NCBI GenBank assembly: GCA_047602425.1
Contig: JASGHG010000001.1
Span: forward strand, 3,840,001-3,904,000
From: Nibricoccus sp.
GTDB lineage: Bacteria; Verrucomicrobiota; Verrucomicrobiia; Opitutales; Opitutaceae
Direction: 5' to 3'
Length of the DNA stretch: 64,000 nt
The translations under genes and the position numbers were made by a program. Below, piece by piece: positions 39,405 to 48,876 of this stretch (positions within the stretch are counted from its first letter, which is position 1; each line of letters opens with the position of its first letter). Below the pieces are notes generated by a model that saw nothing but the letters and a program-made list of their open reading frames with translations, searched no databases and was not told where the DNA came from.

Positions 39405-40376
39405 ATGAGCGATTTTGTTACCGGCGCCGCTGTCACCGAGGCCAAACAGGTGGTTGAAAAACTGCGTGCCAGCATGCGGCAGACGATCAAGGGCAAGGAC
39501 GAGGTGATCGAACAGGTGCTCGTTTGCCTCCTGGCGGGCGGACACGTGCTGATCGAGGATCTTCCGGGCGTCGGCAAGACCACGCTCGCTTATTCGCTCG
39601 CGCGCTCCATGGACTGCGCGTTTTCGCGCATTCAATTTACAAGCGATCTTCTGCCCAGCGACGTGACCGGCGTGGCCATCTATGACGAGACGCGCAAGGA
39701 CTTTGTTTTCAAAAAAGGCCCGGTCTTTGCGAGCGTCGTCTTGGCCGATGAAATCAACCGAACCACGCCCAAGACGCAATCAGCCTTGCTTGAGGTGATG
39801 GACCGCGCGCGGGTGACGGTCGACGGCGTGGCCCATGAGGTCGGACGGCCCTTCATAGTTTTTGCAACGCAAAATCCCGTGGACTACGAGGGCACCTTTG
39901 CGTTGCCGGAAAGCCAGTTGGACCGCTTTTTGATGTGCCTGCAAATGGGCTATCCGCAGCCGCACGACGAAATGGATATCCTGCGCACGGCGCAGACGGC
40001 TTACGACGAGATTGCGATTAAGCCGGTGGCAACCGGTTCGGAAATCCGACAGCTGCAGGAGGTCGCAAAGCAGGTCTTTGTTGAGGACTCGGTGCTCGAT
40101 TATGTGCTGAAAATCGTGACGGCGACGCGGACCGAGGTGGAATTTCACGCTGGCGTGAGTGTCCGCGGTGGACTCGCATTGAAAATCGCCGCTCAGGCGC
40201 GGGCGCTGGTGCATGGGCGCGACTTTGTGGTGCCTGAGGACGTGAGCGAAGTCGTGGCGCCCGTGCTGGTGCATCGCCTGAGTCTGGTGCGGGCGAGTGC
40301 AGATGCTCTTGAAGAACGACGGACTGTGGCGACGGTGCTGAAGCGAATCGTTGCGTCGATTGCCACACCGGTTTGA
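39405..40376 (+). CDS. MoxR family AAA+ ATPase
   Basis: GHVLIEDLPGVGKT, RIQFTSDLLPSD, LADEINR, ATQNP, LPESQLDRF. Confidence 0.95.
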   Translation: MSDFVTGAAVTEAKQVVEKLRASMRQTIKGKDEVIEQVLVCLLAGGHVLIEDLPGVGKTTLAYSLARSMDCAFSRIQFTSDLLPSDVTGVAIYDETRKDFVFKKGPVFASVVLADEINRTTPKTQSALLEVMDRARVTVDGVAHEVGRPFIVFATQNPVDYEGTFALPESQLDRFLMCLQMGYPQPHDEMDILRTAQTAYDEIAIKPVATGSEIRQLQEVAKQVFVEDSVLDYVLKIVTATRTEVEFHAGVSVRGGLALKIAAQARALVHGRDFVVPEDVSEVVAPVLVHRLSLVRASADALEERRTVATVLKRIVASIATPV

Positions 40377-40438
40377 AAGCGGACGTGTAACGGAAATTCA
40401 ACTCGCAAAAACGCGGCAAAACCAGAAACGCATCGATC

Positions 40439-41560
40439 GTGAGACGCGCACCCAAAAAACGGAACGTCTGGCAGGATGCCGGCGCAACTGTGGGATTCTG
40501 GCGGCGGGTTTTGTGGGCGCTGATCTTTCCCAAGCGCACACAACGCGTCTCGGCCACGCTGCCGGGCTTGGTGCTGATCGGTTTGGCGGTGGGTGTTGGT
40601 GTGGCGGCCTACAACAGCGCAAGCAATATTCTGTTTGTCACGCTTTCCCTTCTTCTCGGCTGCCTTGTTTTAAGCGGCGTGCTCTCCTGGTTGAATTTTA
40701 GGAGGGTGCATTGGCGGTTGGAAGTAGATTCGCCGATGCGCGCAGGCAGGGAGCAGACCGCGACCATTCACCTGCGCAACGACAAGCGGCTTGTGCCGTC
40801 ACAGGCGCTGGTATTTGAGGTTGCGAGCACGAGTGCGCCCGACTTGCGGGAGATCGCGTTGCGGGACCGGCTCGATCCGCAGGCCGAGGCGCAGCTTTCC
40901 TGGGCGGTCAAACCGCTGAAACGCGGGCGTGAACGGGTGGAGCTTGCATTTGTTGGTTCTTTGTTTCCGTTCGGCTTTTTGAGAAAAAGTTTTGCGGCGA
41001 AGACGGCCTGTGAAGTCACGGTCTGGCCGGCGCCGGTCGAATACCGGCGTTTCCCTGTAGCCGCCTGGCGGCGGGCTCAGCCGGGCGCGCCGATGGCACG
41101 GGCGGGACAAAGCGGCGACTTGCTGGCGTTGCGCCACTACCGTGCGGGCGATTCCCACCGGCAGATTCATTGGAAGGCGAGCGCCCGGTTGCGCCGATTG
41201 GTGGTACGACAGTTTTCAGTCGAAAACGAGGAGAGCTTTACGCTCTGGCTGGATGTTCCCGCGTCGATTTGGAAAAACGCCATGCAGTTCGAAACGCTGT
41301 GCAGTTTCGCGGCGACGCTCGCGGAAGACTTGTTCAAACAGGGAAAGTTGGATGGCGTGGCGTTTGGCGGAGAGCCGGTGGTTCCGGTTCGTGGCGTGCG
41401 CGACTTGGAAGTATTTCTCGATCGGGTGGCTGTTTTGCAGCCGGTGGAAAACGAAACCAGCCCGGCGCGGCCGGCCAACAAAAACGTGCTGTCTTTTTCA
41501 CCTGAAGGCGGCAAGGGGGTGATTGCTTATGTCGATGGCGAAGTCGCGGCCACAGCTTGA
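40439..41560 (+). CDS. DUF58 domain protein
   Basis: Two N-terminal TMs, FPFG, LRHYRAGD..RQIHWKASAR; follows moxR; start uncertain. Confidence 0.88.
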   Translation: MRRAPKKRNVWQDAGATVGFWRRVLWALIFPKRTQRVSATLPGLVLIGLAVGVGVAAYNSASNILFVTLSLLLGCLVLSGVLSWLNFRRVHWRLEVDSPMRAGREQTATIHLRNDKRLVPSQALVFEVASTSAPDLREIALRDRLDPQAEAQLSWAVKPLKRGRERVELAFVGSLFPFGFLRKSFAAKTACEVTVWPAPVEYRRFPVAAWRRAQPGAPMARAGQSGDLLALRHYRAGDSHRQIHWKASARLRRLVVRQFSVENEESFTLWLDVPASIWKNAMQFETLCSFAATLAEDLFKQGKLDGVAFGGEPVVPVRGVRDLEVFLDRVAVLQPVENETSPARPANKNVLSFSPEGGKGVIAYVDGEVAATA

Positions 41561-43688
41561 ACTCGACGAACTCCGGCAGCTCAAATGGCTGCTCGGCGGC
41601 TTGCTGACGTTGATTTCCATCACGTCGTTGCTCTATCTGGAGATCAATGCGTGGGGGTTCCTCGTCGTCAGCGTAGTCCTCGTTCCGCTGGCTCTCGTGC
41701 GACCTGCTTGGGTGGCTCGCGTGCCGTCGTTGGTTCACAAACTGGCCTTCCCCGGCGTCGTATTATACGTGGCATACGATTTCTACGTGCATAGCGAACC
41801 GCTGGCGTCGATGGTGCGGCTGGACGTGCTGTTGCTCTTGTATCGAAGTTGTCACTACCGCCGGCGGCGCGAGGACTTGCAGCTTATCGTGCTCGGTCTT
41901 TTTTTGATCGTGATCGCCGGTGTGATCACGGTGTCAATGGTGTTTGCGGCGCAGATCATTGCCTTTGTCGCTTGCGGGCTGTTGCTGCTATTTGTTGTGA
42001 CGCTGGTCGATGCCCAGGAGGGTGCCAAGGCGAACGAACCGGTGAAATTGAACGAAGCGCCCCGGTGGTCTCACCGGCGTTGGACGGAATTGCTGGCTCG
42101 CGTGCGCGCGACCTGCGACTGGCGGGTTTTCGCACTGGGCGGAGGGCTGTTTCTGGGCTTTGTGCTGATTTCCGGAGTGCTGTTCATGGCGATCCCGCGT
42201 TTCGATTTCAACAGTGGGCTGGCTTTTGACCGCATGCTGCCAAAGAAATCGCACACGGGATTTAGCGATATGTTGAGGTTTGGCGACGTGAACGATATTC
42301 AGCAGGACAACAGCGTGGTTTTGCGCGTGGAAGTGTCGGATCGCGCGTTGGTGCCGACGGCGCTCTACTGGCGTATGGTCGTGCTCGACGAATATCGTGA
42401 AGGCACGTTCCGGATGTCTACCGCATTGAAAGCTTCATCGTTTTCAAGAGAATCAACGGTGATGCGGATCGAAGGTCAGGAACCGCCCGCGCGGAACCGC
42501 CCGGCTTACTGGACGTTTTATCTGGAACCCGTGGCCGGTCGATATTTGCCTCTGACGGGTGGTTTTAGGAGGTTGTCGTTTACCGAGCCTCAATCGGTAC
42601 GTTATGCCCCCCAATTGAAGTTGTTGATGTTCGGCCGCGATCCGGTGGCGATGAAAGCCTACCGGGTGGAAGGCATGAACACGAACGAACAGCTCGCCGG
42701 CATGTTGCCACCGGCGGACTTTAAACCCGAACGGCTGAATCCGGCTTTGTCCGAAGACGATCGGAGCGTATTGCAGAAAACCGTGGCCACGATCACAGGA
42801 GGGGCCACGCTGAATCCTGAGGCGTTTGCGCGGGCGGCGATGATCTGGCTGGCGAAACAACATGGTTACTCTCTCAAATCTTCGCTCCCTGCCGGCCAAA
42901 ACGACCCGCTGGTGCGCTGGCTCGTCTCGCGTGAGCCCGGCCATTGCGAGCTGTTCGCCGCGTCGTTTGCGCTGCTGGCGCGCGCGGCGGGCCATCCGAC
43001 GCGGGTGGTCGCCGGCTACTTGGGCGGCACTTGGAACGACGATTACCTAATGGTGCGGAACTCCGACGCCCATGCTTGGTGTGAAATTTTTATTGGGCAT
43101 GGCCAGTGGTTGCGGGTGGATCCCACCAACGATGGGCCGCGACTGACGGGAGCGCTGCTGGGGCAGTCGACCAACAGTCTGCGCAACGCCGGCAAAACAT
43201 GGGAGGCGCGTTTTGATCGGCTGCGGATGTTGTGGTACCGGCATATCGTGAACTTCGACCAGGCGGATCAGCAGCAGCTTGTGCGACGGCTGAAGGAATC
43301 GGTCGAGGGCACTGGCCGTCAAATCCGCGAGCAAACCATCGCTTTTGTGACAGCCTTGAAAGAATGGCTGGCCCGCCCGTGGAACTTCGGGCGCTGGGCT
43401 CGCATGGCCGTCACGGTGTTATTGGGTGCGTTGTCCGGGTTTTTGATCCTGCGGGCGTTGCGACGAGGCTGGACGCAGTGGCGTTTTTCCAGCGGAAGAA
43501 CAATGGACCCCGTGCGGCGCGAAGCGGGGATTTGGTTACAACGATTGGATAAGTCGACTGAGTTGGGGAATTCCCCTGATGTGCAGTCGCGTTTGCAGCG
43601 GTTGCGTTATGGGCGTCGGGAAACCTGGCCGGAGCCGAAGCCGGTATTTCGCGCTGCCCGCGATCTCTGCCGCGGACGCCGACGTTGA
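41535..43688 (+). CDS. DUF3488 + transglutaminase-like membrane protein (TgpA-like)
   Basis: Multiple TMs; LYWR; GHCELFA, RVVAGY.GG, DAHAWCE, W.RVDPT triad. Confidence 0.9.
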   Translation: MAKSRPQLELDELRQLKWLLGGLLTLISITSLLYLEINAWGFLVVSVVLVPLALVRPAWVARVPSLVHKLAFPGVVLYVAYDFYVHSEPLASMVRLDVLLLLYRSCHYRRRREDLQLIVLGLFLIVIAGVITVSMVFAAQIIAFVACGLLLLFVVTLVDAQEGAKANEPVKLNEAPRWSHRRWTELLARVRATCDWRVFALGGGLFLGFVLISGVLFMAIPRFDFNSGLAFDRMLPKKSHTGFSDMLRFGDVNDIQQDNSVVLRVEVSDRALVPTALYWRMVVLDEYREGTFRMSTALKASSFSRESTVMRIEGQEPPARNRPAYWTFYLEPVAGRYLPLTGGFRRLSFTEPQSVRYAPQLKLLMFGRDPVAMKAYRVEGMNTNEQLAGMLPPADFKPERLNPALSEDDRSVLQKTVATITGGATLNPEAFARAAMIWLAKQHGYSLKSSLPAGQNDPLVRWLVSREPGHCELFAASFALLARAAGHPTRVVAGYLGGTWNDDYLMVRNSDAHAWCEIFIGHGQWLRVDPTNDGPRLTGALLGQSTNSLRNAGKTWEARFDRLRMLWYRHIVNFDQADQQQLVRRLKESVEGTGRQIREQTIAFVTALKEWLARPWNFGRWARMAVTVLLGALSGFLILRALRRGWTQWRFSSGRTMDPVRREAGIWLQRLDKSTELGNSPDVQSRLQRLRYGRRETWPEPKPVFRAARDLCRGRRR

Positions 43689-45707
43689 TCAGCGGCCGGG
43701 TGCCGTGATGATGGCGGCGGCCGGCGGCGCGCCCGCGGGCTTGGCGATGGCGGGTTGCGCGGCGGCGGTTTTCTTTTCGAAATATCTTTTTAAAATCTTC
43801 GCGGCGATCGGCGCGGAATAAAGACCGCCGGCGAACTGCTCGCCGGGAGTATCGCTTTGGATGGCTACAGCGACGGCAATTTCAGGTTTCTCTTTTGGGG
43901 CAAAACAAATGAACCAGGCCACGTTGAGCTTGTTCGCGTATTGTGCCGTTCCTGTTTTGCCGACTACCTGGACTCCGGGAATTTGGTATTCAGGGATTTT
44001 AAAGGTCGCCGCTGCTGTTCCGTGGGTCACACATCCTTCCATGCCATCTATCACGGCAGCATATTGTGCATTGGTTAATCCAATTGGTTCGTTGTTTTGG
44101 ACGCTCGGAACGGAATGATGTTCGAGGGTAGGCTTGGTGAATGTCTGGCGTCGCGCAACAGAAGCGGCAAAACAAGCCATTTGTAGAGGGGAGAGCTGTA
44201 CGAATCCTTGGCCGATTGCCATATTAGCGGTATCGCCAGGAACCCAGCCTTCCTGACGATTTGTCTTTTTCCACGTTGGATCGGGAATGATCATCCGGCG
44301 CGTTTCAGTCGGGAGCTCGATTCCGGTGGGACGGTCGAGATGAAAACGCCGCGCCTCGGCGGCTATAACCTCGGACGTCATTTGCATTCCGTAGGTATAA
44401 AAATAAATATCGCAGCTGTGAGCAATGGCTTCGCGTAGGGCAACAACCCCGTGGCGCGCCAGGCCGTTATCACAAGTCTTGTTGCTGTTGCCGATGCGCA
44501 TGGTGCCAACGCAGTCGACCGTATCTGCATTAATTGAGAGCGATCCGCTGCGCAGACCGGCGATCGAGACAAGGATTTTGAAAGTGGAACCTGGGGGCCA
44601 GACGCCATTAACTGCTCGATTGAGCCAAGCTTTGTCCGCCTCAATCTTATCGGCTGCCGCTTGCGTCAGACGTGGAGAAAATAAATTAAGGTCGTAGTCG
44701 GGCATGCTCGCGAGGGTGAGCACTTCGCCGGATTTGATGTCGATCGCGACTGCGGCACCGTGAAGCTCGTTGGCAGCGAGTTCTTTTTCCGCAAGCTGCT
44801 GAAGATCGATGTCGAGGCTAAGCGTCACGCTCTTGCCTTGAGCCGGAATTTTACGGAACACGGGTGGTTCGACCCGATAACCCGCAGGATCGACTCGATA
44901 CACGACACCACCAGTTTCTCCCTGAAGAAGGTCGTTATATTCGGCCTCGATGCCATCTTTGCCGATGGCTCCGCGAACCTTGAAAGTGTTCTTGTCGTTA
45001 AAAGTGGCTAGATTGGCGGCGTTGTAGTCTTCGTCGGCCTCGATTTCATCGTTGCTGGAAACGTAGCCAAGTACATGAGAGGTCGCTGCGCCGTACGGAT
45101 AGTAGCGTGTACTTGAGGCATACACCTGCAAGGGCGATTTGATCTCAATTTGCTCGAGCAATTTGGCGTATTCGTCCGGGGTAAGATCCTCGATCAACGT
45201 GAAGGGCAGCAGCAGTTCACCGTGGAAATGGCGGTTGAGGTCCTTGGCATCGAGTTTCTCGGTCCGACCGATGATGGCATTGACCCGGTCCAAGTATCGT
45301 TGAACGACGGCGTAGCGGGCGATTTGCGCCATTTGGCCGAGACTTGGGATGTCCTTGTCGCCGAGTTCGCGGTAGTTTTTCCGGATGATCCGGGATTCTT
45401 TCAGGAATTCCTTCCGGAGTTCGTCGAGGTGTAATCTGATGGAAAAACGCGCGCGATTGCCGACGAGCAAACGGCCTTCGCGGTCATAGATGTTGCCCCG
45501 CGCGCCGGGGATTAGGATTCGACGTTGGTTCTGCTGACGCTCGCGCTCGTGATAAATGTCGGTTTTGAAGAGTTGTTGATAAGCAAGGCCGACGACGAGG
45601 GCGATGAGCAGCGCGGCGATGACGAAATAGAAAAACAGGGTGCGCGGGTCGTAGCCCTTGTGGGTTTCGACCAGATTTCCTGAACGCTCGGCAAGATTGT
45701 TGGCCAT
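43689..45707 (-). CDS. mrdA: Penicillin-binding protein 2
   Basis: RGNIYDR, PGSTFK (SxxK), SCD, KTGTAQ; follows mreD. Confidence 0.9.
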   Translation of the reverse strand: MANNLAERSGNLVETHKGYDPRTLFFYFVIAALLIALVVGLAYQQLFKTDIYHERERQQNQRRILIPGARGNIYDREGRLLVGNRARFSIRLHLDELRKEFLKESRIIRKNYRELGDKDIPSLGQMAQIARYAVVQRYLDRVNAIIGRTEKLDAKDLNRHFHGELLLPFTLIEDLTPDEYAKLLEQIEIKSPLQVYASSTRYYPYGAATSHVLGYVSSNDEIEADEDYNAANLATFNDKNTFKVRGAIGKDGIEAEYNDLLQGETGGVVYRVDPAGYRVEPPVFRKIPAQGKSVTLSLDIDLQQLAEKELAANELHGAAVAIDIKSGEVLTLASMPDYDLNLFSPRLTQAAADKIEADKAWLNRAVNGVWPPGSTFKILVSIAGLRSGSLSINADTVDCVGTMRIGNSNKTCDNGLARHGVVALREAIAHSCDIYFYTYGMQMTSEVIAAEARRFHLDRPTGIELPTETRRMIIPDPTWKKTNRQEGWVPGDTANMAIGQGFVQLSPLQMACFAASVARRQTFTKPTLEHHSVPSVQNNEPIGLTNAQYAAVIDGMEGCVTHGTAAATFKIPEYQIPGVQVVGKTGTAQYANKLNVAWFICFAPKEKPEIAVAVAIQSDTPGEQFAGGLYSAPIAAKILKRYFEKKTAAAQPAIAKPAGAPPAAAIITAPGR

Positions 45708-45714
45708 GACCGAA

Positions 45715-46236
45715 TCAGAGTCCGCGTTGTTCGCGTCGGAGGGAAACGCCGCAAAGCTCCAGCGAACGTTCCTGCAAGGCGAAGAACCACGGGGCAACGA
45801 TGAGTATCAGCAATTCGGAAACGAGCAATTCGCACAACAGACGCAGGATCATCGCCGGCGGAGCGGGGGAGCGGTGGATGAGTGCGAACGTGATCATCAG
45901 GAAAAGGATGAGATTGGCGATCAGGGCGACAATCACTCCGAAGATGGTTTCTTCGCGAGGAAAGCGTCCCCGGAAATTATAAATCATCGTGTGCGCAATT
46001 GCGAAGAACAGCGCATGAAAACCGAAAGAGACGGCAGCGGAGGAGTCGACGAATAGCCCGATTAAAATCGAGCACCACCAACCCTCGCGAAAACCGAGCC
46101 GCAGCGCGGAGAACGTTACCAGCAACCCGCCGACAAAAACGCTGATATGCAGAGGCGAAAATACGTGGTTAATCTGGCATACGCACGTCCAAAGCACCAA
46201 GCAGCAGCCGAGCAAGATGAAGGTGGCACGCGTCAT
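45715..46236 (-). CDS. mreD: Rod shape-determining protein MreD
   Basis: Hydrophobic 173 aa with GL..D..FG pattern, between mreC and pbp2. Confidence 0.7.
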   Translation of the reverse strand: MTRATFILLGCCLVLWTCVCQINHVFSPLHISVFVGGLLVTFSALRLGFREGWWCSILIGLFVDSSAAVSFGFHALFFAIAHTMIYNFRGRFPREETIFGVIVALIANLILFLMITFALIHRSPAPPAMILRLLCELLVSELLILIVAPWFFALQERSLELCGVSLRREQRGL

Positions 46237-47084
46237 GGTTTCGTGGATACAGAAGCCTCGGCTGTAATCGGCACGAGCACGGCGACTTCCTCGACGGAGT
46301 CGAGACGCGGATCAAGTTTGACGTCGCCGGACTTGAAAAGACCGTCGGTGCTGGGATCGAGACGAACGATGTCGCCGATTTTCAGGCCGGGCGGAAAAAC
46401 GCCGCCCAGTCCCGAGGTGACGAGCCGACGCGGAGCAGAAGGTGTCGCGGTCATTTCGAGCGGAACGAATTCCACCCGACCCATGGCGGGTCCAAACACC
46501 GGATTTTTTCCACCCTGATAACTGAGCGGCCGGCTGTCGCCTTCGATATTCGCGGCGAGTCGCAAACCTGGATTGCTGATCATGAGAACTTCGGACTCAT
46601 AGGCGTGAACCGCGCTGATGTGGCCCACGACGCCGCCAGTAAAAATCACGGGTGAACCGACCGTGATGCCATGATTCGCGCCTTTGCGGATGATCAGGAC
46701 CTGCCACCAACTATTGAAATCGCGACGGACGACGCGGGCGGGCTCGGAGCGGTATTCGGTGCGGGAAGGCAGCTTCAAGAGCTCTTCGAGGCGGGCGACT
46801 TCGCCTTGAAGTGCGGCATTTTGCTGAATGCTGGTCTCGTACTTGGCGTTGAGGTGCGCGAGATCGATGCCGGCCTCGATCAGTTCGTTTTTAGTGCGAG
46901 TGCGCAGCGACCAGAATTCCCGCACATCGCGCACTCCGGACGCGGCGGTATCAATCGGCGCCTGAAATTCGAAAAAGCTCAGGCGCATGTACCGTTTGGA
47001 AAGGGTCGGCACGATCAACCACGCCAGGACGATTATGCCGAGGGTGATAAAAGGTTGGGCCTGATCAAAGCGTTTGGGGAGCAC
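46233..47084 (-). CDS. mreC: Rod shape-determining protein MreC
   Basis: TM, coiled coil, IRKG..GI, GVVG, VTSGLGGVFPPGL.IG. Confidence 0.92.
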   Translation of the reverse strand: MLPKRFDQAQPFITLGIIVLAWLIVPTLSKRYMRLSFFEFQAPIDTAASGVRDVREFWSLRTRTKNELIEAGIDLAHLNAKYETSIQQNAALQGEVARLEELLKLPSRTEYRSEPARVVRRDFNSWWQVLIIRKGANHGITVGSPVIFTGGVVGHISAVHAYESEVLMISNPGLRLAANIEGDSRPLSYQGGKNPVFGPAMGRVEFVPLEMTATPSAPRRLVTSGLGGVFPPGLKIGDIVRLDPSTDGLFKSGDVKLDPRLDSVEEVAVLVPITAEASVSTKP

Positions 47085-47162
47085 GACTGTGCATCCTGTT
47101 TACTTGAGAATCACGTGGAATGGCACGGAAATTCTTCTCAAGATTTCAAACGTAGGAATTGT

Positions 47163-47654
47163 TTACACTCGACCGAGCTTTTGAACGATCGTCGCAATGG
47201 TGCCGCCAAGCACGGTGCCGACAAACGAGAGCGTGACTTCGGTGGGAAGTCCGGCTGCGACATTTAAGATGGCGAGCACGATCGTGGTGAAAGCCGCAAA
47301 CATCAGGACCCATTTCACGACTTCGTCCGAGCGAGTGGTTCGACCCCCACGTAGCGTTAGGAGCGTGACCCGGTTGTTTTCCAAAAGCCCCAGTTTCTCT
47401 TTTGCGCTCAACTTCGTGTCGGCGAGAATCTGATTTCGTTCTTCGAGTAGTTGATTGACTCCGGCGTTTTGCAGGGGAGTAAACGTTGCGGCGATCGGAG
47501 TGCTTTTCACCGACGATTCGGCGGAGGGAGCGGCGAAAAAATGCGCGCCAGGGAGCGCAGAGGGGGCAGGTAGCGGCGCGCCGGGCGGACAACGGGTATC
47601 TTCGGGCGATTCTTCTTCTTCGCGCAAAATAGAAGGTGGACGGAGCAGAGGCAT
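47163..47654 (-). CDS. Hypothetical protein with two C-terminal TM helices
   Basis: 163-codon ORF co-oriented between mreB and mreC; Pro-rich N-terminus. Confidence 0.55.
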   Translation of the reverse strand: MPLLRPPSILREEEESPEDTRCPPGAPLPAPSALPGAHFFAAPSAESSVKSTPIAATFTPLQNAGVNQLLEERNQILADTKLSAKEKLGLLENNRVTLLTLRGGRTTRSDEVVKWVLMFAAFTTIVLAILNVAAGLPTEVTLSFVGTVLGGTIATIVQKLGRV

Positions 47655-47716
47655 GTGATTTCGGGGTTTTGAAATTTGCCTCGCCCGGCTGCGCTACTTA
47701 GTCGCGCGTCGGCGCC

Positions 47717-48733
47717 TCAGACGTTCTGCATGACCCAATTCAGGTCATTCAGGACGGCGCCGGTGCCGTTAGCGACGGCGGAGAGCGGGTCGTCGGCAAC
47801 GGTGACGGGCAGGCCGGTCTTTTCGCTGAGCAGGCGGTCAATGCCGCGGATGAGCGAGCCGCCACCGGCCATCACGAAACCGCGGTCAACCAAGTCGGCG
47901 GAAAGTTCAGGCGGACAGCGTTCGAGCGTGGTGCGGACGGCGTCGACGATCGCGCCAATCGTATCGCTGAGGGCTTCGCGGACTTCCTGCGAGGTGATGT
48001 GAATGGTCTTGGGAAGGCCGGCCACGGAATCGCGGCCTTTGACTTCCATTGAGAGCTCCTCTTCGAGCGGATACGCGGAACCGATGCGCATCTTGATCTC
48101 TTCCGCGGTGCGTTCGCCGATGAGGAGGTTGTAGGCGCGCTTCATGTAGTTGACGACGGCCATGTCGAGTTCGTCGCCGGCCACACGTATTGATTTGGAG
48201 AATACAATGCCGGAAAGGGAGATGATGGCGATTTCCGTGGTGCCGCCGCCGATGTCGACGATCATGTTGGCGGCGGGCTCGTCGATCGGAAGGCCAACGC
48301 CAATGGCGGCAGCCATCGGTTCGGGAATCGTGATGACGTCGCGGGCGCCGGCGTGGGTGGCGGAGTCTTTGACCGCGCGTTTTTCAACTTCGGTGATGCC
48401 GGAAGGAATGGCGATAACGACGCGGGGGGCAACGCGCAGGGAATTGTTGTGAACCTTGCGAATGAAGTAGCGCAGCATCGCCTCGGTGACGTCGAAATCG
48501 GCGATGACGCCGTCTTTCATCGGGCGGATGGCGGTGATGTTGCCAGGGGTGCGGCCCAGCATTTTTTTGGCTTCGTCGCCGACGGCGCGAACTTTGCGCG
48601 TGGTGGTATCGAGCGCGACGACTGAAGGTTCGCGGAGGATGATCCCCTTGTCCTTGACGTAGACGAGTGTGTTGGCAGTGCCGAGGTCGATGCCGATGTC
48701 GTTGGAGAAGTAACCGAACAAGTTCGAAGCCAT
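47717..48733 (-). CDS. mreB: Rod shape-determining protein MreB
   Basis: IGIDLGTANT, RPMKDGVIADF, EPMAAAIG, VDIGGGTTE, IGERTAE. Confidence 0.97.
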   Translation of the reverse strand: MASNLFGYFSNDIGIDLGTANTLVYVKDKGIILREPSVVALDTTTRKVRAVGDEAKKMLGRTPGNITAIRPMKDGVIADFDVTEAMLRYFIRKVHNNSLRVAPRVVIAIPSGITEVEKRAVKDSATHAGARDVITIPEPMAAAIGVGLPIDEPAANMIVDIGGGTTEIAIISLSGIVFSKSIRVAGDELDMAVVNYMKRAYNLLIGERTAEEIKMRIGSAYPLEEELSMEVKGRDSVAGLPKTIHITSQEVREALSDTIGAIVDAVRTTLERCPPELSADLVDRGFVMAGGGSLIRGIDRLLSEKTGLPVTVADDPLSAVANGTGAVLNDLNWVMQNV

Positions 48734-48876
48734 GATTTGTGTAATGCGGCGGCGTTGCGCCCACGGAAAACAATCGGTGTATGCGCTCGCTGTCAAAGGG
48801 GAAACGCAAGTCTTACGCAGGAAAAGAGCTGAAAGCGCAGCTTGACGGTAGTGCGGATTATGCGACTTGGTGAGGC

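Noticed and set aside
39405..43688. MoxR-DUF58-transglutaminase operon as novel
   Set aside because: Widespread, previously described gene triad
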